From: Mustelus asterias
Taxonomy: Eukaryota
Assembly: GCF_964213995.1 (NCBI RefSeq)
Contig: NW_027592246.1
Coordinates: 1 to 59,564, forward strand
Direction: 5' to 3'
Length of the DNA stretch: 59,564 nucleotides
The notes under the pieces were generated by a model that worked only from the letters and a program-made list of their open reading frames with translations, had not been told where the DNA came from and ran no database searches. Below, one piece after another: positions 24,964 through 37,504 of this stretch (position 1 is its first letter; each line of letters opens with the position of its first letter). Position numbers and translations under genes: made by a program.

Positions 24964-25675
24964 GTGAATATTAGATACAGCAGAGTGAGAATGGAGGGAG
25001 AGTGTGTGGGACGGAGATTCACAGCTTTTGGGGAATGAGAGAGGAAAGAATGTTCACGAGAATCAGAGAATTCCTCCATCTTATCAGCCATCCCTGAGCC
25101 ATCATAATGAATCCCTCTTCTCAGTATACCCTTATCTCGGACTTGTCTGTACTGCTGGCAGTCTCACAAAGCAGCTGCCTGTGTGCTGATACGAGAAGCC
25201 CTGCTCGGCAAGTTTAATGCTCCATGACTGTGTCTTTAAAGAATGTTCCATAGAAACTAGAATTGACTGATTTGAATTTTGATCATGTACTGAATTGTGA
25301 TGTTTTTCTTAAATTGAATTACAGGATATTAGATGAGGAGAAATCACAGACAGAAATCTAAAATGTCAGATCTGGATCTGACAGAGTGACTCGATTCCTT
25401 GGGACCTGAATATCATCAGGCTCTGAATCTAGAAGGAGAAATGTTTGCCCAGTCTATCAGCTTCAGAAGATTTTAAACATCAGTGTGACTGGAAATGCAC
25501 TGAGACACACACACCCGAGTGAGAGTGTTCCAGTGCAATGAGTGTGGAAAGAACTTTAACCAGTTACACAGCCTGAAAGTACATCGCAGCATTCACAGCG
25601 GGAGAGACTGTACCCATGTTCTGTGTGAGATTTACCTGATTGTTTAACCTGGAGAGTCACAAGGACACCCGCACC

Positions 25676-26434
25676 ATGGAGAAACCGTGGAAATGTGGGG
25701 ACTGTGGGAGGAGATACAGATTCCCATCATATCTCGAAGCTCATCGGCGCATTCACACTGGAGAGAGGCCATTCACTTGCCCTTGGTGTGGGATGGGATT
25801 CAGTATTGTATCCACCCTGCAGAGACACCAACGAATTCACACTGGGGAGAGGCCGTTCACTTGCCCTTGGTGTGGGATGGGATTCAGTATTGTATCCACC
25901 CTGCAGACACACCAGCGAGTTCACACTGGGGAGAGACCGTTCACCTGCTCTCAGTGTGGGAAGGGGTTTGGTCATGCAGCCACCCTGCAGGCACACCAGC
26001 GAGTTCACACTGGGGAGAGGCCGTTCACCTGCTCTGTATGTGAGAAGGAGTTCACTCGGCTATCTAGCCTGCAGGTGCATCAGCGAGTTCACACCGGGGT
26101 GAGACCATTCACCTGCTCTCAGTGTGGGAAGGGATTCAATGATTTATATGCCCTGCAAACACATCAGCGAGTTCACACTGGAGAGAAGCCATTCACCTGC
26201 TCTCAGTGTGGGAAGGGATTCACTCAGTTATGCAACCTGCGGACACACCAGCGAGTTCACACTGGGGAGAGACCATTCTGCTGCACTCAATGTGGGAAGG
26301 TATACAGAGATTCATCCACCCTGCGGACACACCAGCGAGTTCACACCGGGGAGAGGCCATTCACCTGCTCTGTGTGTGAGAAGGGATTCAGAGTTTCATC
26401 CAGCCTGCTGAGACACCAGCGAGTTCACAAGTGA
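25676..26434 (+). CDS. ZNF-E: C2H2 array protein, 9 fingers
   Basis: ATG of [10 protein letters not shown] at 25676 (CACCATGG). Fingers 2 and 3 are a near-identical 84-nt duplicate ([15 protein letters not shown]). Confidence 0.9.
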   Translation: MEKPWKCGDCGRRYRFPSYLEAHRRIHTGERPFTCPWCGMGFSIVSTLQRHQRIHTGERPFTCPWCGMGFSIVSTLQTHQRVHTGERPFTCSQCGKGFGHAATLQAHQRVHTGERPFTCSVCEKEFTRLSSLQVHQRVHTGVRPFTCSQCGKGFNDLYALQTHQRVHTGEKPFTCSQCGKGFTQLCNLRTHQRVHTGERPFCCTQCGKVYRDSSTLRTHQRVHTGERPFTCSVCEKGFRVSSSLLRHQRVHK

Positions 26435-29400
26435 TTCCAGGGGTTGGATTCTGCTGTTACAATTCAGCTCTCAAATACGTCCAGGACTGCGTTTTGTTCA
26501 TTCTCACAGATGGTCAACCGGTCGCACGATTTTGCCTCCAGTGGGCTGATGCTCTTTGATTCTTGCTGCTAAAAGCCTATTTTCAGATTTCACTAGGATC
26601 ACAGAGTGACAGGGTGTTGAGAAGTTCAGAGATGTTTAGTCAGCATTTCTGTTTGAAACCCCCCCAATGCCCATCCAATTTCCTTTGTAATTGTTTATTG
26701 TCTCCACTCCCTCCACCCTCGTAGGCAACGAGTTTCAGCTCATTACCATTCGCTGCATCAAAATATTCTTCCTCACGTCCCTGTCCCCCCTGCATCTCTG
26801 ACCCAAAACCTTAAATCTGTGTCCCCCTCGTCCTTGTCCCATCAGCGAATGGGAACAGCTTTTCTTTGTCCACTTTATCTAAACCTGTCAGAATCTTGTC
26901 CACCTCTATCAAATGTCCCCACATCCAAGGGGAACAACCCCAGCCTGACATCGACAATAAAGAACAAACTAACAGAACATGTTAACACCTGAAATCAAAT
27001 GGGAATGTTTATTTTCTGTGTTAAAGATTTGGACTGTAAGAGTGAATTAATGGATTTGGTAAACGGGGGGATAGATTTAACACCCCCCCCTCCCCCTCCT
27101 TCATTAGAGTAAAATCACAGGCTGGTCAATTGCTAATACCTCAAGGTGCTGACATCAGGAGGCTTGCCAGCAAGGTTGTTTACTTTCTAGAAAAACAGAC
27201 CATTTTCTCACAAACTTTTGAGTGAAGGTTTAAGAACTAACCTACGTTGGCAAGATTGGAATTTTAAATGTTCTGTGTATTGAATAACTGTGTCAGCTGT
27301 CTGTATCTGTGACTTGGAGCTGCGAGTTGTATTAGAGTGCTATCTCTGTGATTACTCTGTTCGAGAGCTGTGTCAGAGCTGTGACTTTGAGCTGTGAGAG
27401 CTGTATCACAGGAGGGTGCTCCTCCAGAGCTTTCTCTGGGGTAGTTCCCTCTAGGCTTGAAGCATGAATACACTATTGTAACATGTCCCTGGGTCTCCTG
27501 TGGTTAGTTGTAAGAAATACATCACAACAGGACAATAAGGGAATTGGAATAACTCACCTTGGATGTGGTTGAATGGAATATATCAATCTGGTTTCCACCT
27601 ACATTCTAGTGAAAGTCTGGAATGTGTCGATGGGATGAATAAGTTGATCACTTTCTCTTGGTGATATTTACATCTTTGTTCATGAACTTTGTTTTAAGGA
27701 AATCCACATTTGAAAGCCCGGCCACTACATGAAACATCCATCACAGGGGGAGATAAGAAAGACAGACACTCACTTTGGTCATTTCATGAGCACATCTGAG
27801 AGTTAAGAATGTGTGACATGATTTTGGGATACCGGAGTGAGTGTACAGATGTGATTTGTTACATGTGAAAAATAACAAGCCTAAATTCATGGTGAGATGG
27901 AGTGAAGAGCGGGTCCCAAACACACACAGCTACTTGAGACACAGCAGGAGATGACATGGTTCATGTGGCCAGGGGATTGAGACAACATTGTGACATCATC
28001 AAGGCACTGACACACACTCCAGAGAGAAACTGAGTTCAAAACAATCAGGATCCAATTAAACACAATGCACATGGACACAAAGTGAGTGAAATTACAGTAA
28101 AATGCGTAATATAATAGATTGGGACAATTAAGGGATTGGGAGAAATAATACAGAGTAAGAACTGTCCACAATTTGGACAGGGGTAAAGAGAGAGCTGGAG
28201 AATCTTTTACATCCATGCTTGATCTGTTGCTTGAAGCATCTGTCCTTATGTACGAGTAACCTAGAACTCATGGTGCTCCTTCAGGAGAAGAAAAGATCGA
28301 GTAGATGTTACCCCAGGCGGGACCAGAACAGAACTGGAAAATAACAGAGTGAAATTGAGTGAGGGGTCAGAGAGAGAGTTCTCCCCCCTCAAGGTGTGGA
28401 CTATAAGAATCCTGGGGGACCCCCAACTTTGGGTTTTCTTGCTAATTAGTGAACATTAAATTCTATGACTGGCTGTGCATTGATTTTGAATTTGATTGTT
28501 ACACTTCTCCTGTTTTTATTCCTGTTGTGATTACGCTCTGGGTAAGGATGGTTGACAGGTGACAGGATGGGAAATTGTGGTTTGGGTTTTTGACCAAATG
28601 TTTTATTGATCCGAAAGGTGTAAAAGGGGCAAAACATCAGCAGAAATCCAGCAGAGCTGAGAACAGATGACTTGCTCTGTGGGAACAGGGAGATAAACAG
28701 CTCCCGGAGGACAGAGAAAACAAGAGTGCCTTGAATCCTGGATGACACCTGTGTGTCAAGGCCACCATGTTTTCACTGCTTGGCATGGGAATGCTGACTC
28801 CCTGTACCAGGGACGGAGCGTGGGAAGACAATTGTTTGAGAGTTTGACATGGCATGGGCGGATACAGATGGTTCAATGACAGGTTTTGTAATTGGTCCGT
28901 TCAAATGTTAGCTGGGCAATGATTGGGTTAAATCAGTCTCCATAGTCTTTGTGATGTAACAAAGTATAAGAGGGGATTCCCCGAGCACAGAGATTAGTCG
29001 AGGTTTTACATATTGCATTGACTGGTGCCATGGCATCTGGGGCAGAGCAGGGAGCATTTCCGTGGAGATGCTGCTTCTACCCAGAGTGTAATGGTAATGC
29101 TGCTGCACTTTGATACGACTGCTCAGACATTAGACTGTGTCAGCTCTTATTGATACTGAATAAAATCTAACCACTGTCACCAATGAGGGTTATCATTGGG
29201 AATCATTTCAGAGTTTGGGAAAAGGGGAGAAAGGGTTAATTGACTCCCTGAACCCCATTTTCTAACATCGCTGAGTCAAAAATAAAATCTAATCTCCACC
29301 TCTGTCTCCTTTGACAATTACCTTCGAGAGACTCACTTTCTGTTAAAGAGCCTGCCAACCCCTCTCACCCACTTTCCCTAAAGTGCATCAATCTCATCAG

Positions 29401-29548
29401 GAAAAGTCCAGAAAGTCAAATATTTTTACTGATAGAAGTTTATTGATGAAACAGAACATGGTTAAAACAAACAGAAAATGACTTGAGGATCAAAGACAAC
29501 CAGAGTAAAGGATGTTCACAATGTTCTGGACACAAATGGTTTCTCTTT
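26435..29548. repeat. Direct segmental duplication of the ZNF 3' flank (partner about 53270-55946)
   Basis: Continuous high similarity readable by eye, for example 27780-29545 versus 54170-55945. Confidence 0.9.
27035..27529. mobile_element. Solo LTR (about 495 bp)
   Basis: TGT...ACA termini and 4-bp TSD GGAC (27031-27034 and 27530-27533). Absent from the paralogous site near 53928. Confidence 0.7.
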
Positions 29549-29569
29549 GATTCATCGATAGCCTGTTCC

Positions 29570-30535
29570 CTGCCCTCTTTGTGGAACACCTCCGCTCAGT
29601 CCACAAGCATGACCCTGACCTTCCGCTTGCTTGCCATTAGAAATCATAGAAACCCTACAGTGCAGAAAGAGGCCATTTGGCCCATCGAGTCTGCACCAGC
29701 CACAATCCCACCCAGGCTCTACCCCCACATATTTACCTGCTAATCCCTCTAACCTTCACATCTCAGGACACTAAGGGGCAATTTCTTTTTTAGCATGGCC
29801 AATCAACCTAACCCAAGCATCTTTGGACTGTGGGAGGAAACCGGAGCACCCGGAGGAAACCCATGCAGACACGAGGAGAATGTGCAAACTCCACACAAAC
29901 AGTGACCCAAGCCGGGAATCGAACCCAGGTCCCTGGAGCTGTGAAGAGCAGTGCTAACCACTGTGCTACCGTGCCGCCCTTCACCATCTTGCTCTCACGC
30001 TCACATTTCTGTCCTCGGCCTGCTGCAATGTTCCGGAGAAGCCCAACACAAGTTGGACGAACAGCCCCTCATCTTCCGATGAGGCACTTTACAACCTTCT
30101 GGACTCAACATTGAGTTCAACAACTTCACCCCCTGAACTCTCTCCTCCATTTTGGTTTGTTTTTTTGCCAAGTGCCAGTCTGTATCTTGTTTTCATGTTT
30201 TTTTGCTTCCAGACAGAGCTGTTCTTTATTCTGCCATTAACACTAAACTCTGGACCAATGCTTTGTTTCTTTACAACAACCATTACCTCTCCCTTTGCCT
30301 TTTGTTCCAGGACATTTTTGTCATTTAATCTCACCCGCCCTCTAACCAATCCCTGACTTTCCCTTTTGTTCTACCTGACCCTCCCCCCATCTCACCAGCA
30401 TCAAACCCATCACATTTCTCCCTCGCTTTAGTTCTGAAGTAGAGTTACATTGGATGTGAAACATTAACTCTGTTTCTCTCTCCACAGATGCTGCCAGATC
30501 TGCTGAGTTTTTCCAGTTCTTTCTGTATTTATTTT
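29570..30535 (+). mobile_element. Penelope-like element (family 2) 3' part with GIY-YIG C-terminus, interrupted by a SINE
   Basis: Reads LFVEHLRSVHKHDPDLPLACH, then after the SINE HISVLGLLQCSGEAQHKLDEQPLIFR*GTLQPSGLNIEFNNF. Followed by a pyrimidine-rich 3'UTR and the terminal motif. Confidence 0.8.
29638..29979 (-). mobile_element. Full-length HE1-like V-SINE
   Basis: Reverse complement of the 10096 SINE. Confidence 0.9.
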
Positions 30536-30802
30536 TGATCTACCTGTAGTGGAGGGAATAGACTATTTACTATCCCAGAAAAATAAATGTCCTTCATCAG
30601 CTTTTGTGGATCATTTCAGTGGAAATGTGCTCTCCCAGACTCAAAGAGCATCAGCCCACTGGAAGCAAAGTCATGAGAGCGGCCAATCCAGCAGAAAGAA
30701 ACCCTCTAACCCTCCCCAGTGACCAACTTTGAGGATGAATAAATTGCAGCCCGAGATATAATTGAGAGCGGAAACAATAACAGCAGAATCCAACTCCTGT
30801 AA

Positions 30803-31813
30803 TCACTTGTGAACTCGCTGGTGTCTCTGCAGGGAGGATGAAACAGTGAATCTCTTTCCACAGACAGAGCAGATGAATGGTCTCTCCCCAGTGTGAACTC
30901 GCTGATGTCTTTGCAGGTTGGATGCTGTTCTAAATCTCTTTGTGCAGTGAGAGCAGCTGAACGGTCGCTCCTCAGTGTGAATGCGTTGGTGGATCATCAA
31001 TTCCTGAGAGCTTTTGAAGTCGCTCCCACAGTCAGAGCATTTAAAGGGTCTCTCCTGGGTGTGAGTGACTGTGTGCGTCGACAGGGCAGATGACTGAGTG
31101 AATCCCTTCCCGCACACAGAGCAGGTAAATGGTTTCTTCCCAGTGTGAACTCGCTGGTGAACCTGCAAGTGTGATGACGTTCTAAACCTCTTTGTGCAGT
31201 GAGAGCAGCTGAACGGTCTCTCCCCGGTGTGAATGCGCTGGTGGACCCTCAGATCTGAAGCATGTTTGAAGGCACTCCCACACTCAGAGCATTTAAAGTG
31301 TCTCTCATTTGTGTGAGTGACTTTGTGACTTAGCAAGTGTGATAACTGAGTGAACACCATCCCACACACACAGCAGGTAAATGGCTTCTCTCCGGTGTGA
31401 ACTCGCTGGTGGGTCCGCAGGTTGGATGACGTTCTAAATCTCTTTGTGCAGTGAGAGCAGCTGAACGGTCTCTCCTCAGTGTGAATGCGCTGGTGGGACA
31501 CCAGTTCACCAGAGCTTTTGAAGCCACTCCCACAGTCAGAGCATTTAAAGGGTCTCTCATTGGTGTGAGTGAAATTGTGACTCAGCAGGTGGGATAACTG
31601 AGTGAATCCTTTCCCACAGTCAGAACAGATGAACAGTCTCTCCCCAGTGTGAACTCGCTGGTGTCTCTGCAGATTAGGTAAGTCAGTGAATCCTTTCCCA
31701 CACACAAAGCAGGTGAACGGTCTCTCTCCAGTGTGACTGCGTTGATGAACTTCCAGCCGAGATGGGACCGTGAATCCCTTCCCACAGTCCCCACATTTCC
31801 ACGGTTTCTCCAT
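30803..31813 (-). CDS. ZNF-F: C2H2 array protein, 12 fingers with a triplicated three-finger module
   Basis: ATG of [10 protein letters not shown] at 31813. Fingers 3-5, 6-8 and 9-11 repeat (..THTxERxFKCSxCGS..[15 protein letters not shown]). Confidence 0.92.
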   Translation of the reverse strand: MEKPWKCGDCGKGFTVPSRLEVHQRSHTGERPFTCFVCGKGFTDLPNLQRHQRVHTGERLFICSDCGKGFTQLSHLLSHNFTHTNERPFKCSDCGSGFKSSGELVSHQRIHTEERPFSCSHCTKRFRTSSNLRTHQRVHTGEKPFTCCVCGMVFTQLSHLLSHKVTHTNERHFKCSECGSAFKHASDLRVHQRIHTGERPFSCSHCTKRFRTSSHLQVHQRVHTGKKPFTCSVCGKGFTQSSALSTHTVTHTQERPFKCSDCGSDFKSSQELMIHQRIHTEERPFSCSHCTKRFRTASNLQRHQRVHTGERPFICSVCGKRFTVSSSLQRHQRVHK

Positions 31814-32504
31814 GGTGCGGGTGTCCTTGTGACTCTCCAGGTTAAACAATCAGTTAAATCTCACACAGAACACGGGTACAGTCTCCCCCCGCTGTGAATG
31901 CTGCGATGTATTTTCAGGCTGTGTAACTGGTTCAAGCTCTTTCCACACTCAGTGCACTGGAACACTCTCACTCTGGTGTGTGTGTGTCTTGGTGCTTTTT
32001 CAGTTGCACTGATGCTTAAAATCTCTTGAAACAGACAGCTGAGAGAAACATTTCTCCCTCTGGATTTAAAGGCCGATGATATTCAGGTCCCGATGAATTG
32101 AGTGACTCTGTCAGACGTTGATGGGACGTTTGGTTTGCGATTTCTGTCTGTAAATCCTCACCATCTGATATCCTGTAAAAAGTCATCAGTCAGTACAGGA
32201 TAGAAATTCAGAACAGACAGTTCTAGTTTCTATGAAACATTCTTTCTCTCTCATTCCCCAAAAGCTGTGAATCTCCATCCCACACACTCTCCCTCCATTC
32301 TCACTCTGCTGTATCTAATATTCACCCTCCCAATTCTCCTGAAGGTGCTGATTGAGGCTGATTGACAGATCCATGCTCACTGCTTCCTGCCCTGGACACA
32401 GAGAGCTGGAAATCTCCATGCAGGCGGCCAGACAGATATATGTCTATCTGACTGGACTAACAATGTGTGGAATGTACAGACTGGACTCACTTCCTCCCCT
32501 TCAG

Positions 32505-34210
32505 CGGCTAAGGGCGGACAAGTCGCCAGGACCCAATGAACTGCACACTAGGCTGAAGAGATAGTGGACACTTTGGTTAAAATATTTTGTAACTCACTAA
32601 ATTCCAGGAGGATATTAGAAGATTGGAAAACAGCCAATGTGACTCCTTTGTTCAAAAAGGGAGAAAGGCAGAAGGCAGTGAACTATAGACCTGTTTATAG
32701 AATCATAGAATCTACAGAACAGAAGGAGGCCATTTGGCCCATCGAGCCTGCACCGACAACAATCCCAGCCAGGTCCTATCCCCGTAACCCCATGTATTTA
32801 CCCTCCTAATCTGCCGACACTAAGGGGGAATTCATCATGGCCAATCAACCTAACCCTCACTTCTTTGGAATGAGGTAGGAAATCGGAGCACGCAGAGGAA
32901 ACCCACGCAAGCACGGGGAGAACGTGTAAACTCCACAAGTCCTTGGCACTATGGGGCAGCAGTGCCAACCACTGTGCCACCAAGCCGCCCCGTGCTGCCC
33001 CAGTGAATTTAACACCTAGTCAACGTGGTTTTATGAAAGATAAATCATGCTTGACAAATTTGTTCAAATTCTTTGAGGACGCAAGGGGTCGTATAGATCG
33101 AGAGTAATCTGTAGATGTAGTGTATTTAGATAGGGTGGCACAGTGGTTAGCACTGCTGCTGCATAGCGCCAGGGACAAGGGTTCAATTCCAGCCTTGGGT
33201 GACCGTCTGTGTGGAGTCTGCACATTCTCCCCATGTCTGTGTGGGTTTCCTCCGAGTGCTCCAGTTTCTTCCCATCGTCCAAAGATGTGCAGGTTAGGTT
33301 GATTGGCCATGCTGAATTATCCCGTTGTGTCCCAATAGATTTAGATTAGGGGGACTAGTGGGGAAAAAATGTGGGCTTATGGGATGGGGCCTGGGAAAGA
33401 TGTTCCAGCTGCTCGATGGGCCAAATGACCCCCTTCTGCACTCTAGGGATTCTATGATTTCCAAAAAGCATTTGTCAAGGTGCCACATAAGAGGCTGGTG
33501 CATAAAGTAAAGGTCCATGGAATTGATGGAAGTGTGTTAGCATGGATTGAAAACTGGCCGTCACACAGAAAACAGAGAGTTGGAATAAATGGGTCATTTT
33601 CAGAGTGGAAAGATGTAACTAGTGGAGTACCACAGGGATCAGTTCTTGGCCCGCAATTCATGATTCAATTAATGACCTGGAGAAGGAACAGAATGTAAGG
33701 TTTCCAAATGATATGAATATAGGTGGAAGGACATGTTGTGATGAGGATATTTTGATTCTGCAGTGGGATATAGATAGATTGGGTGACGAAAACCTGGCAA
33801 ATGGAGTTTAATGTGGGGAAATGTGAGGTCATGTATTTCAGTCGGAGAAATCAAAAGGGAGATTATCTAAATGGAGAGGCACTGCAGGTGAGTGAAGTAC
33901 AGAGGGATCGAGGTGTTTTGCACATGAATCACAAAAAGCTAGCAGACAGGTCCCACAATAGGCAAGAAGGAAAATGGAATTTTGACCTTTATCGCAAAGG
34001 GGTTGGAGTTTAAAAACAGGGAGGTTTTGTGGCAACTGCACAGGGTGTTGGTGAGGTCTCACCTGGAATAATGAACACAGTTTTGATCCCCTTATTTAAA
34101 CAAGGATATAGTAAGATTGGAGGTTCACCAGGTTAATTCCTGGGATGAGAGGGTTGTCCGATCAAGAGAGAATAAATTGTCTAGGTCTGTATTCCTTGAA
34201 GCTTGAAAGA
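32505..34210 (+). mobile_element. Old CR1 fragments with two nested V-SINEs (about 32697-32985 on -, 33133-33457 on +)
   Basis: Peptides KSPGPNELH, EDWKTANVTPLFKKG and SGVPQGSVLGP. Inverted paralogue of about 23290-24780. Confidence 0.8.
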
Positions 34211-35269
34211 TAAACATAGAACATAGAACAGTACAGCACAGTACAGGCCCTTCAGCCCTCGATGTGCCGAGCTTTGTCCGAAACCAAGATCAAGCTCGCC
34301 CACTCCCTATCATCCTGGTGTGCTCCATGTGCCTATCCAATAACCGCTTGAAAGTTCCTAAAGTCTCCGACTCCACTATCACAGCAGGCAGTCCATTCCA
34401 CACCCCAACCACTCTCTGAGTAAAGAACCTACCTCGGACATCCCTCCTATATCTCCCATCATGAACCTTATAGTTATGCCCCCTCGTAACAGCTACATCC
34501 ACCCGAGGAAATAGTCTCTGAATGTCCACTCTATCTATCCCCCTCATCATCTTATAAACCTCTATTAAGTCGCCTCTCATCCCCCTCCGCTCTAAAGAGA
34601 AAAGCCCCAGCTCCCTCAAGCTTTCCTCATAAGACCTACCCTCCAAACCAGGCAGCATCCTGGTAAATCTCCTTTGCACTCTTTCCAATGCTTCCACATC
34701 CTTCTTATAGTGAGGTGACCAGAACTGCACACAATATTCCAAACGAGTCTCACCAAGGTCCTGTACAGTTGCAGTATAAGCCCACAGCTCTTAAACTCAA
34801 ACCCCCTGTTAATAAACGCTAACACACTAAAGGCCTTCTTCACAGCTCTATCCACTTGAGTGGCAACCTTCAGAGGTCTGTGGATATGAACCCCAAGATC
34901 TCTCTGTTCCTCCACATTCCCCAGAACCCTGCCGTTGACACTGCAATCCGCATTCAAATTTGTCCGACCAAAATGAATCACCTCGCACTTATCAGGGTTA
35001 AACTCCATTTGCCATTTTTCAGCCCAGCTTTGCATCCTATCTATGTCTCTTTGCAGCCTACAACAGCCCTCCACCTCATCCACTACTCCACCAACCTTGG
35101 TGTCATCAGCAAATTTACTGATCCACCCTTCAGCCCCCTCCTCCAAGTCATTGATAAAAATCACAAATAGCAGAGGACCCAGCACTGATCCCTGTGGTAC
35201 ACCACTGGTAACTGGTCTCCAGTCTGAAAAATTTCCATCCACCACCACCCTCTGTCTTCTATGAGATAG

Positions 35270-36044
35270 TAAGAAGTTTAACAACACCAGGTTAAAGTCC
35301 AACAGGTTTCTTTGGTAGCAAAAGCCACACAAGCTTTCGGAGCCTTAAGCCCCTTCTTCAGGTGAGTGGGAATTCTGTTCACAAACAGGGCATATAAAGA
35401 CACAAACGCAATTTACAGAATAATGGTTGGAATGCGAATACTTACAGCTAATCAAGTCTTTAAGATACAAACAATGTGAGTGGAGAGAGCATCAAGACAG
35501 GCTAAAGAGATGTGTATTGTCTCCAGACAGGACAGCCAGTGAAACTCTGCAGGTCCAGACAAGCTGTGGGGATTACAGATAGTGTGACATGAACCCAATA
35601 TCCCGGTTGAGGCCGTCCTCATGTGTGCGGAACTTGGCTATCAGTTTCTGCTCAGCGACTCTGCGCCGTCGTGTGTCGTGAAGGCCGCCTTGGAGAACGC
35701 TTACCCGAATATCAGAGGCCGAATGCCCGTGACCGCTGAAGTGGCTGTCCTGACTGGAGACAATACACATCTCTTTAGCCTGTTTTGATGCTCTCTCCAC
35801 TCACATTGTTTGTATCTTAAAGACTTGATTAGTTGTAAGTATTCGCATTCCAACCATTATTCTGTAAATTGAGTCTATGTCTTTATATGCCCTGTTTGTG
35901 AACAGAATTCCCACTCACCAGAAGAAGGGGCTTGGGGCTCCGAAAGCTTGTGTGGCTTTTGCTACCAAATAAACCTGTTGGACTTTAACTTGGTGCTGTT
36001 AAACTTCTTACTGTGTTTTCCCCAGTCCAACGCCGGCATCTCCA
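35270..36044. mobile_element. Penelope-like element (family 1) fold-back insertion with 14-bp TSD
   Basis: ORF 35573..35800 (-) ends HFSGHGHS..RRRVAEQKLIAKFRTHEDGLNRD, a PLE GIY-YIG C-terminus. Inverted arms at about 35270-35538 and 35742-36010. CTTCTATGAGATAG at 35256-35269 and 36045-36058. Confidence 0.88.
35324..35370 (-). ncRNA. Minimal hammerhead-ribozyme-like motif in a PLE terminal repeat
   Basis: Minus strand CCCACTCAC-CTGAAGA-AGGGGCTTAAGGCTCC-GAAA-GCTTGTGTGG, giving CUGANGA, a stem II and GAAA. PLE terminal repeats are known to carry minimal hammerheads. Confidence 0.55.
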
Positions 36045-36352
36045 CTTCTATGAGATAGCTAGTTACTTATCTATCAGTTATCTACATTATCTATCAGGGA
36101 AATAAAGCTGCAAAGATATGAGGATAGAGCAGAGGAATGGGACTGACTGGATTGCTGTAGACACCTTGCATGGATTCAATGGGCTGAATGGCCCTGCACC
36201 AGAATGACACTTTCTTGTAATCTCATCTTCTAATTTAACCCTGGGAGTTCAGATATCACTCAGGTCCATCTGTTCTACACTCTCTCCAGGGCTATTATAT
36301 CCTGTTGCCCGGAACTGAGCACAGTTCTCCAGATGTGGTCTAACCAGGGTTT

Positions 36353-36600
36353 GTGAATCTCGGGGCCTTTCCAGTCACACTGAAACCCGAAATCTTCTCT
36401 CACAGACACAATCGACAAAACTGTTACCTTCCACATTCAGAGGCTGCTAATATTCAGGTTCTGATGTATTGCGTGGCTCCATCAGATCACAATGTGATGT
36501 TTGATTTGAGTTTCCCATATGTCAATTCTCCACTTCCAGCACTCTGTAAATTTACAGAAACCATCACAGTCAGTCCAGGATAGAAATTCACAACATTCTC
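36353..36600 (-). pseudogene. Orphan 5' piece of a ZNF exon (acceptor region plus start of the first decayed finger)
   Basis: Homologous to the acceptor and leader of the other ZNFs (tttccagtcacactga; aatattcaggt; cagtccaggatagaaatt). No finger array follows. Confidence 0.6.
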
Positions 36601-36879
36601 TCCACCGAGTTGCCAAATGTGATTAAATGTTTCCTGGAAGTTTTACCACGTCTTTTCTATTGTGCCCATCCTCCAACCATTAATCAGTCCACACATCCTT
36701 CCCCACTGCCTTCCTGGGCCAATTGGAAAGCAAAAAAGACTCCTTACCTTGCAGCATAATGATTGACAGTGAGGCAAACAACTTTTATCCATTTTTAATA
36801 TTTTTATATCGGTGCAGAGAAATGTTCAAAGGAAAATGACAACAAAAGATATATTTTTAAATGTCCTGAATGTTTTAGA

Positions 36880-37500
36880 GACTGAGGTTTGAATCCCACT
36901 ACAGCAGATGGTCAAATTTGAATTCAATAAATATCTGGAATTGAAAGTCTAATGATGACCATGAAACCATTGTCGATTGTCGTAAAAAGCCAACTGATTC
37001 ACTAATGTCCTTGAGCCAAGGAAATCTGCTGCCTGACCTGGTCAGGTCTATATGTGATTCCAGATCTCCAGCAATGTGGTTGGTTGACTCTTAAAATGCC
37101 CTCTGAAGTGCACTCAGTTCAAGGGAAAATAAAGATGGGCAATAAATGCTGGTCCAGCCAGTGGCAGCCACATTCCCTGGATGAATTGGGAAACAAATCT
37201 CCCATCCTTATCTGATCTGGCCTAAATATGACTCCAAACCACTGAGATGCATAGGTTAGAGGGATTAGCGGGTAAATATGTAGGGATATGGGGGTAGGGC
37301 CTGGGTGGGATTGTGGTCGGTGCAGACTCGATGGGCCAAATGGCCTCTTTCTGCACTGTAGGGTTTCTATGATTTTATGTGGTTGACACTTAAAATTCCC
37401 TGTGAGATGGTCTAGCAAGCCACTCAGTTGAAGGACAATTAGGGATGGGCAATATATACTGGTCCAACCAGCGACTCCCACATTCCCTGAATGAATAAAA
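36880..37500 (+). mobile_element. Deu-domain-like SINE copies (SacSINE1-like) with a V-SINE 3' fragment at about 37245-37375
   Basis: Contains ttcactaatgtcc..ggaaatctgc..cctggtc..tgactccaga and gggcaataaatgctgg. Related copies at about 44580-44730 and 56800-57180. The family name is from recall. Confidence 0.55.
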
Positions 37501-37504
37501 AAAT

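Larger units (their letters stand above)
34213..36072 (-). mobile_element. Young 5'-truncated CR1-clade LINE (same subfamily as 15471-17390), interrupted by a PLE
   Basis: ORFs 34616..35332 and 34290..34742 closely match the 15548-17194 peptides. Same ATAGAAC tail. A few LINE bases resume after 36058. Confidence 0.92.
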
